Shown here one piece after another: positions 56,812-64,000 of a DNA stretch of 64,000 nt. The notes under the pieces are model-generated. The model was not told where the DNA came from. It ran no database searches and saw only the letters and a list, made by a program, of their open reading frames with translations. Positions within the stretch are counted from its first letter, which is position 1. Each line of letters starts with the position of its first letter. The stretch is from positions 1 to 64,000 of the IMG/VR virus record IMGVR_UViG_3300009514_000013; one strand, 5' to 3'. A program made the position numbers and the translations under genes. Origin of the DNA: a virus.

Positions 56812-59234
56812 ATGCCAATGCCACCAAATGTTCTTCGAAATTGGGCAAACGGAGCCACCCAAAACGCCATGACTCCAGAAGAGGAAAACCCGGGCGAAGA
56901 GAATCTCATGGAGGAAGAATCCGAAGGAGAAGAAGTCGAGGGTAAAAACCGACTTTGGAATGATGGGATCGAAGAAGGTGAAGAAGTAGAGCCAGAGGAA
57001 TTGGAAGAACTCTCCGGATGGCTTGAAGAAAATGAACCTGAGATCGCTGCTGCAGTGAATGAACTCGGAGAAGCAGTTTCTCTGGAAGACGCTGCAATGA
57101 TCGATAGGGCAAAGGTTTCTCTCCAAGAAGCAACTCAGTATCTGAATCCTGAATATCCCGAACTCTCCGAAGGTCAAAAGGAAAAAGCTGAGAAGACTAT
57201 CTCTAAGCACATGCGTGAAAAGGGTCACCCGGCTGCTGGTACTCCAGAACATAAGCAAGCTGTTGCCATCGGACTGGCAGAAGCCCGTAAAGGCGAATCA
57301 AATCCAGGTCCTGAAGATGAAGAAGAGCTAGCCGAAGAAGAGATGGATATGGGTGAAATCTAATGACGCTTCCAGCACGCGATACTCCGGGGACTCTCGG
57401 TACTCTCGGATTCACAGGAGCTGGCTCGGACGAATTCCGAGATTATCGCCCGAGAGATGGTCACACAGTTTCGGTGTATTTCGTCCGAGCCACTGTCAAC
57501 GGAAATGCTGATTTCATTCGAGTTGCCCAAGATGGTAGCGAACAAGTAATTGCTCCTGGAGTTGCGGTAACGGCTGGGACTGAATTGATTCAACAAATTC
57601 AACATCCTGTGAATCAAATTCGTGTTCGATACACCGCAGTGGGAGTAGGCACAGCAACGTGTGAAGCGTTGGATGGTGGCATGGCGTAACTATCCAGTGA
57701 TACGTTCTAAAAATGGATCAACCGAAAAAGAGTTCAACTCCTATTCCTGACACACCTTTTGAGTCTGAAAACGTCATGGCTGAAGACGCGGCCCGTGTGT
57801 TGAAACAACAGAGAGAACAGTCCGGTGGACTTGAAGACGCATCCAATGAAGGCGATGCACGAGTTTCAGATTCAAAACCTTACAAGAATCTGAAATAGCT
57901 CGGGACTTGTAACGAATTCCGTTCGACTGGTAGAACCTTAACTATGCCAACCCCGAGAGATGCTGCGATGAAACATAACGCACCTGGTTCGATGCCTTCT
58001 TATTGTGGTCAGTGTGGTGGACCTGGCTCCATGTGTACTTGTGCAAGTTACAAAGAGCATGGGGCAAACGCCACAAATGCTGGTTCAGCCTCTGCTGACA
58101 ATGGTCCGGAGATCAAAGAGACAAAATCTAATGGGCCCGGCAATGGTTCAGAAAAGAAAGAGAACGGTTCGGAAGAAAAGAAAAACGGAAACCCGTACTA
58201 AGAGGAAACGACATGGCTCAAGACAACACTCAGAATAAGCCCACTCAGCAAGATTCCGAACGAAAAGATGAATACCTTGGCGGTTACAAAGATGGATCGG
58301 AAGGCCTCTCGGAAGCACAGAAGTTCGGAACAGATCAGATTCCTGTGACCCACGATGCTCTTCCTGCGAAAAACCTCCAAAAAGCCGGTGGATAGATGTC
58401 GGTTCCGAAACAAGTAAAGATTTCGGGTGCGATGACCATCGGGCCTATTCAACCAACCACCGCACCTTTCCCAAGTGGTGAAGGTGTTGTGAGTTTGAAT
58501 TTGCTTCACACAAGTCAGGTTGACACAGGTCCCAGATCAAGAATGATCAACTCACCAGCTTCTTTTGAAGATCTCCTTGCTGGTACAGGGATTACCAACC
58601 TTCGTTGGCTGTATCTTCGACCTCGTAATGCAACATTGACGTTCCGTCTGACATCTCCAGCTGGCGTCGATCAAGTCTTAACAATCTCTGAAATGTTGGT
58701 GATGTCTTGCCCATCACCTGGTTCTGAATGGACCTCTCTTGGTGTTCAAGGGGCTGGTGATCTTGAAATGATGCTGGCCGGAGATTAGAAATCCTATTGG
58801 AAGGAAAATAGAAAATGTCTGCAGAAAATCCTACTGTTCGAGAAACTCTTAACAATGGCGTTGTCATGCGCATGTCTGATGCGAGTCGTGAGCTTTGCAT
58901 GGGGGATGTTCTTGCTCGCTTGGTATCAGGTACAGCAGCGGATGAAACCGCTCTGGATCCCGACGGCGCTGGAAACACTTTGAATTTGGCCTCTGCTCCA
59001 TCTTGCTTGTTGGATCTTGTAGCTAACGCGGGAACTTTCACCGGCCGTCTTGAATTGGTGATTGATGCTCGTGACACATCAGCTCCTCGATCTGGTCAAG
59101 CGATGTGGGATGGTCCCGGATCAACCAGGCTTCGATTCAATGCATCTGATGCAATTACTGATCTTGATGCTTGGTATGCCCAATCAACTGACACCTTGAG
59201 CGCTCTTGATCGTGTTCTTGGTCAACGTGACTAA
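56812..59234 (+). CDS. cluster of small late or virion proteins (56812-57363, 57363-57689, 57713-57898, 57944-58201, 58213-58395, 58396-58788, 58815-59234)
   Basis: tile the strand between minor head and scaffold genes; several with RBS. Confidence 0.55.
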
Positions 59235-59248
59235 AATCAAAGGAGAAT

Positions 59249-60196
59249 TTGATGTTTGAAAACGGAAAACCCGTCGAAGGTCAAGTTCAGATTGTCGCTT
59301 CCGATTCTCAGGAACCTCCTAAGGATCCTATGGTTTCGGCTGAACCTCCAAAAGAGGCAGAAGCTCAACCAGTAACCCCGGAAGCGAAATCTTCTGAAGA
59401 AAAGCCAGAAGCCAAAGAAGAGAAAAAGCCCACGTCTGTGAAAGCGAAGAGGACCAACATGGCCCAGCCACCGAAGAAAAAGACATCTCAGCGTAAACGA
59501 TCCATTGAAGATCAAATCGTTTCTCGAGCTCGTCGAGAGTTTCGAAAAAAGATGAAGCCTGTTGCTGAAGCTTTAGGAATTGATCCCAATGACGATGAAG
59601 CTTTCAACGCAAAAATCGACGAAATGTTGAAAGTTCAAGAAGAATCGAAATCTGTGAGTGAGCGTCTGGAAGGTCGGTCGAAAGCTCTTGAAGAAAAAAA
59701 TGGTGAATTGAACGCCAAGATCCACCAACTGCAGACAGAGCTTACGAAATCTCGTCGTGAACTTGTTTCTGAACAAAGAAGCTTTCAGAACCTTCAGATT
59801 GAATATGAAATCAGGACTGAAGCGACGAAAGCTGGTCTCAGAGATCATGACTACGCGGTACATCTCTTCAAACAATTTGTGAAAAGTTCTCCAGAAGATG
59901 CGGAAATTGATCCGGGTTCTTATTTCGAAGGCTTGAAAAAGGATTCTTCGAATCGTCATTTGTTTGTCGAAGAATCCGTATCGGCTGGACCAAAGCCAGT
60001 TTCAGATCAGGTTCAAAATCAAGAAGCAGTAGGAAATAACCAAAACCAAGCCCAGAATCTTCCTCCCCAGGGTGCACCTAAGCCTGTGGATCCAGGGACA
60101 AACACACAGGAAGCTCCTGATGCGCTAACCATGAATCAGCGTGATTTTAACAAACACACGCAAGACAAATATGGGTTCAGAGCTGGGCTGGCTTGA
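59249..60196 (+). CDS. capsid scaffolding protein
   Basis: charged, coiled coil, disordered ends, directly upstream of capsid gene; AAGGAG RBS. Confidence 0.7.
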   Translation: MMFENGKPVEGQVQIVASDSQEPPKDPMVSAEPPKEAEAQPVTPEAKSSEEKPEAKEEKKPTSVKAKRTNMAQPPKKKTSQRKRSIEDQIVSRARREFRKKMKPVAEALGIDPNDDEAFNAKIDEMLKVQEESKSVSERLEGRSKALEEKNGELNAKIHQLQTELTKSRRELVSEQRSFQNLQIEYEIRTEATKAGLRDHDYAVHLFKQFVKSSPEDAEIDPGSYFEGLKKDSSNRHLFVEESVSAGPKPVSDQVQNQEAVGNNQNQAQNLPPQGAPKPVDPGTNTQEAPDALTMNQRDFNKHTQDKYGFRAGLA

Positions 60197-60243
60197 ACCA
60201 AATACGGTGCTTTGTGTAAGTTGCCGTGTAGAGGGAGATTGAA

Positions 60244-61635
60244 ATGGCCGAGTCAACTGTCGGTGCTAACTTTGTTGTAGCGTTTAACCCAACCGTCGTG
60301 AGTGCGATCCAAGACCGTACTCTCGTGCGTGTCTTCCGTGATGCGCTCTTTCCACGCCTCCTGTATCGAGGCGAAGCAGCACCTGAAATGTGGCCGGTCA
60401 ATCTCGGTGCAAATCAGACCTTTACTCGTACTGGTTTGATGCGTCCGACCACTCGGCCTCTTGATCAGAATCAAGATCCTACTCCGAGTGGTTATGACAT
60501 TGAGCAATGGGAAGCAGAAGCCAAGCAATATGGTTCTGCTATCGATACCCACATGCCGACCAGCTATGTTTCGTTGGCTTCAGTCTATTTGCGAAACATG
60601 CATCAACTTGGCCTCCACTCTGGCCAATCTCTCAACCGAACAGTTCGTGACAAAGTGTTCAACGCCTATACGGCTGGAAATACTGTTGTTGATGGTGCTG
60701 TTGGTGGTGGAGTCGCTGTTCCTGTTGTTTCTCTGAATGGTTTCGCCCGAGTCATCTCTGGTGGACGGCCAGTCCCGGTCTCAGCAGCTGCTCCTCTCCA
60801 GGTCACGATTATCTCTGGTGGTGTTCCGATTACACGAAATGTAATCGCTGCAACTCCTACGACTGCTGGTGATGAAATTCACGGTGGTACTCTGACCCTG
60901 GATGTGGCCCATGCGGGTCTCGCAGATCGAGACATCGTTCTTGCTGGGAATCGTTCTCAGGTCATCAACTCAGGCGGTTCAGTTTCGATTGACGGTATCG
61001 CTAGCTCGGATCAGTTCACCATGGCTGACATTCGTGCTTCGATTGCTCAGTTGAGGCGAAACAATGTTCCGGCTCACGAGGATGGCACCTATCACTGCCA
61101 CTTGGATCCGACTTCCGAAAGTCAGATCTTTGGTGACAACGAGTTCCAACGTCTGAACCAATCGATTCCTGATTACGTTCACTATCGTGACTTCGCCCTT
61201 GCTTCTATTGCAGGAACCACGTTCTACAGGAACACCGAAGCTCCTTTGAGTGCGACAGTCGATCAGGATCCTCAGTTCGGAAACACCTTTGCTCCGGAGA
61301 TCTTCAACACTCCAGCTGCTGGGTCTGCAGTTGAGATCCACCGACCTCTCTTCACCGGAACTGGTTACCTGGAAGAGAAATACCTCGATGAGAGCAAATA
61401 CATCTCTGAAGCTGGAATCATCGGTAAAATCGGCGAGTTCGCTGTTGTGAACAACGGCATCCAGATCATGACGGAGCGAATTCGTCTCATCCTTCGTGCT
61501 CCGTTGGATCGGCTCCAGCAACAGACTTCGGCTGCTTGGTCGTTCTCTGGTGACTGGCCTCTGCCTACGGATTCAACTGTCTTGACCTCACCAGCTGACT
61601 ACAAACGAGCTGTTGTCGTTCAACACGGTTCTTAA
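60244..61635 (+). CDS. major capsid protein (N4 gp56-like)
   Basis: 463 aa; KQYG, LRRNNVP..GTYHCHLDP, DRLQQ..AW pattern; position. Confidence 0.8.
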   Translation: MAESTVGANFVVAFNPTVVSAIQDRTLVRVFRDALFPRLLYRGEAAPEMWPVNLGANQTFTRTGLMRPTTRPLDQNQDPTPSGYDIEQWEAEAKQYGSAIDTHMPTSYVSLASVYLRNMHQLGLHSGQSLNRTVRDKVFNAYTAGNTVVDGAVGGGVAVPVVSLNGFARVISGGRPVPVSAAAPLQVTIISGGVPITRNVIAATPTTAGDEIHGGTLTLDVAHAGLADRDIVLAGNRSQVINSGGSVSIDGIASSDQFTMADIRASIAQLRRNNVPAHEDGTYHCHLDPTSESQIFGDNEFQRLNQSIPDYVHYRDFALASIAGTTFYRNTEAPLSATVDQDPQFGNTFAPEIFNTPAAGSAVEIHRPLFTGTGYLEEKYLDESKYISEAGIIGKIGEFAVVNNGIQIMTERIRLILRAPLDRLQQQTSAAWSFSGDWPLPTDSTVLTSPADYKRAVVVQHGS

Positions 61636-61640
61636 TCTTT

Positions 61641-61862
61641 CGGACTCAGGTCCGATTGCACCTCCCAATATGGGAGGTTTCGGGAGTTCGCTCCCACCTA
61701 CGCCTTCGTGCGGTACTAGGGACTCAGGTCTCTAGGTTTACGAGGGTCCGGGATATTGGTTCTTATCCTTTTGTGGATCCCTCCTGCGGGGTTATAGCTG
61801 TGTGCGTTATGAACGCTTTATCAAACCCGGGCCCTCAATTCTTTTTCCAACCGGAAAACCGG
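61641..61862 (+). ncRNA. candidate structured RNA downstream of capsid gene
   Basis: at least eight stems incl. two GAC-TCAG-GTC hairpins, a UUCG-capped hairpin and an 11-bp closing helix 61742-61752/61826-61836. Confidence 0.55.
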
Positions 61863-61870
61863 AGAATCAA

Positions 61871-62347
61871 ATGACAGAAGAAACGCCAAAACGTCGTCGT
61901 GGACGTCCAAAGAAGAATCAATCTCTTTCTGAACCAAAAGGTAGCCAAGTTGTAAAAGCACCACCTGAGAAACCAGAAGAACTGGATGGTGTAGTTTTTG
62001 TTGATGACAAAGGCGATCCAAGAGAGCTGAACGCTCAGGTTGAAGAAACAAAAGAGAGAACTGTAGCTAGTGACAGTGCGAATCAGGAAGCAGCTAAGAA
62101 GGTGGTTGAGCGGCTTCGATATGAAGTTCCACAAATCAAAAAGGTGACAGTCGATGTCCCGAAAGCGACTGATGAGGAGCAACAGAAGGCAAAACCAACT
62201 GTGTACAGAGTTATCAGTTCACCAGGCCCACTAGCTCGAGGTGCTTCAACTTTCGAACTGAAGCGAGGCAAGTTGATCACCAACCGCGACTACGACATTG
62301 AAGGTCTCATAGCTCAGGGCGTACAGTTGGAAGAGTTCCGAGTCTAG
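61871..62347 (+). CDS. hypothetical head-associated protein
   Basis: GGAGA RBS; KRRRGRPKK motif. Confidence 0.6.
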   Translation: MTEETPKRRRGRPKKNQSLSEPKGSQVVKAPPEKPEELDGVVFVDDKGDPRELNAQVEETKERTVASDSANQEAAKKVVERLRYEVPQIKKVTVDVPKATDEEQQKAKPTVYRVISSPGPLARGASTFELKRGKLITNRDYDIEGLIAQGVQLEEFRV

Positions 62348-62374
62348 AGTTTCCCTGGCTCGGGGGAGGAAAAC

Positions 62375-62809
62375 ATGGCAGTTCGTCTGTCCGAGCCAGA
62401 TCGTTGTAGGGTTCGACACCATCTCGGGTACTTGAATACCGAACCTGTAAGTTCAATTGCACTTGGTTTTCCAGGAGCTGGACAAGCTCAATTCTTGGTT
62501 GAAACAGCTATGGACCGGCTCATCCCGGAAGCAGTCGGAAAGATTCTCAAGTATCTAGCGATCTTAGATTCGATTGAAGCTCAGATGGTTGATGCTCTCA
62601 AACGTCTAAAGGTGCAGAAACTAGGAGAGATCACTCTTCGAAACAGCAACGAGGAACCTGTTGAACAAGACCTTCTGGAGAAGGAATACAACCGCTGGGC
62701 GAAACGTCTAGCTGATGATCTCGGTGTTCCGATCAACAAGTTCTCAGAGAGATTCCAAAGCGGTTTCTTCGGTGGTCCTGGAATCAACATTCCTGTAGCA
62801 GGTCCCTAA
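62375..62809 (+). CDS. probable head-tail adaptor
   Basis: RVRHHLG N-terminal motif, size and position. Confidence 0.55.
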   Translation: MAVRLSEPDRCRVRHHLGYLNTEPVSSIALGFPGAGQAQFLVETAMDRLIPEAVGKILKYLAILDSIEAQMVDALKRLKVQKLGEITLRNSNEEPVEQDLLEKEYNRWAKRLADDLGVPINKFSERFQSGFFGGPGINIPVAGP

Positions 62810-63544
62810 ATGGCAAAAACAAATCTCCGACCGTTGGGTGACATGTCTTTGGTGGACTGTCTCACCGAGTGTGTAGATGATGCTCGTCAGCTCTACACCG
62901 ACTTCGGACTTCGTCCTTACAGGGTAAAGCTTGTTTGGATCGGTTGGTCTGTTGATGAAAACGAAGATGGGATGGTGCAAGAAAACGTCTGGGCCGATGT
63001 CAACGAAACCGATCTTGAAACCGTAACTAGAGATCCAGACATCATTGACCCCCACACTGGCCAGCCTGCTCACCTTGCGTCTGTTGGCGTTGGTAGACCC
63101 TTCTTAGCTAGAGAAATAGAACTCCTTCCTACGCCTCGTGTAGGAGCTCTAACAGGGATAGGGAAAAACCAAGATTCGGTTGGTCTAACAGAACGAGGAA
63201 CACTTTCTGTTGATCAGATCTCATCTCGTCTCTCTGAAGATCTTTTGATGGGTCTGGAGTTTCCATTTCGAGATCTTGATCAGCCAGACAATCTGAAACG
63301 AGGAATTGAGTTCTTCTGGGAAGTCCAAGAAGACCGAAAGTCTGGATATGTCACTCCTGGTTTTGAAGGTTGTGAAGAACCACAAGAACTTCGATCAGTT
63401 CGGCATCGGTACCATGTGTCGAGTAAGCCATATCGAAAAGCTGATGCATTTCAATGGAGTGTGAATCTCAATCGTGCGGATGGTGAACGAGGGCGAGAAG
63501 GTGATACGTCAGTCATCGGATCAGGTGGTGATGTAGATGGTTGA
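62810..63544 (+). CDS. probable head closure/neck protein
   Basis: position after adaptor; beta-rich. Confidence 0.4.
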   Translation: MAKTNLRPLGDMSLVDCLTECVDDARQLYTDFGLRPYRVKLVWIGWSVDENEDGMVQENVWADVNETDLETVTRDPDIIDPHTGQPAHLASVGVGRPFLAREIELLPTPRVGALTGIGKNQDSVGLTERGTLSVDQISSRLSEDLLMGLEFPFRDLDQPDNLKRGIEFFWEVQEDRKSGYVTPGFEGCEEPQELRSVRHRYHVSSKPYRKADAFQWSVNLNRADGERGREGDTSVIGSGGDVDG

Positions 63545-64000
63545 GAAAGTCATTGCTTTTAAAGACATCCCGGCGGAACTCCGAAAGGTTGCTGAGAAAG
63601 ATCGTAAAGCTGCAATGAGGGCTGTTCGACGTACACTCGAAGTCGATGCTCAACGTTGGATCCAATGGTCGATTCGTGGAGGTAACTCATCTGGCAATTA
63701 CAGAACTCCGATCAATACTGGTGCTTATGCGAATTCTTGGAAGCACGAAATGACTTCAGATGGTGGAATCTTCTACTCAACTGATGGAGTCAAAGCAGCG
63801 GTTATCGAAGACGGAAGGCGCGAAGCACCAATTCCGATTGTACCATTGGTACATTGGATTCGTCAGAAACTTGGAGAGACTGATGTTAAGAAGGCTACAA
63901 GAATCGCTTTTGCTATCTCAAAGACAGCAGCGGAGAAAGCCCGAGAAGGATTGAAAGTTCTCGATCGGGCTCATCCAAAGATCTTTGATGCGTATGTAAA
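63537..64000 (+). CDS. 3'-partial neck/tail-completion protein (HK97 gp10-like)
   Basis: my translation MVEKVIAFKD...TPINTGAYANSW...IEDGRR; frame open to window end. Confidence 0.55.
   Translation, partial: MVEKVIAFKDIPAELRKVAEKDRKAAMRAVRRTLEVDAQRWIQWSIRGGNSSGNYRTPINTGAYANSWKHEMTSDGGIFYSTDGVKAAVIEDGRREAPIPIVPLVHWIRQKLGETDVKKATRIAFAISKTAAEKAREGLKVLDRAHPKIFDAYV

Overview
A 64-kb internal segment of a large tailed dsDNA phage genome. The host is probably a myxobacterium or related deltaproteobacterium, judged from a CdbA/TIGR04563-like RHH gene and a lipoprotein with CDGxDNDC repeats plus a vWA domain. Gene order: virion/tail-fibre genes and lysis cassette (1-3.9 kb); leftward RuvC/Dam operon (3.9-7.7 kb); rightward replication-recombination block with SF2 helicase, initiator with internal iterons, DnaB, primase, PolB, SSB, RecA, SbcCD and ParB-MTase (7.8-26 kb); surface lipoproteins and an RQGDV + DUF6745 gene pair (26-31 kb); probable TerS and the intein-containing ATPase half of TerL (31.9-36.3 kb); about 13 kb of accessory genes; the nuclease half of TerL (49.3-50.1 kb); then portal, head, capsid and neck genes. 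Most unusual signals: (1) nine dispersed micro-genes built from shuffled 12-bp TCGCTT-NNNNNC cassettes (SLxx tetrapeptides), plus about nine degenerate relatives, in a genome whose DUF6745 protein lacks its usual internal tetrapeptide repeat; (2) an 80-nt RNA that looks like the tRNA-like domain of tmRNA with no tag-coding domain, behind a structured leader and its own promoter; (3) a terminase split into two genes 13 kb apart; (4) a 16-bp palindrome GTTAAA-N4-TTTAAC at six gene junctions; (5) a multi-hairpin non-coding segment after the capsid gene. All family assignments are by motif recognition; no searches were run.
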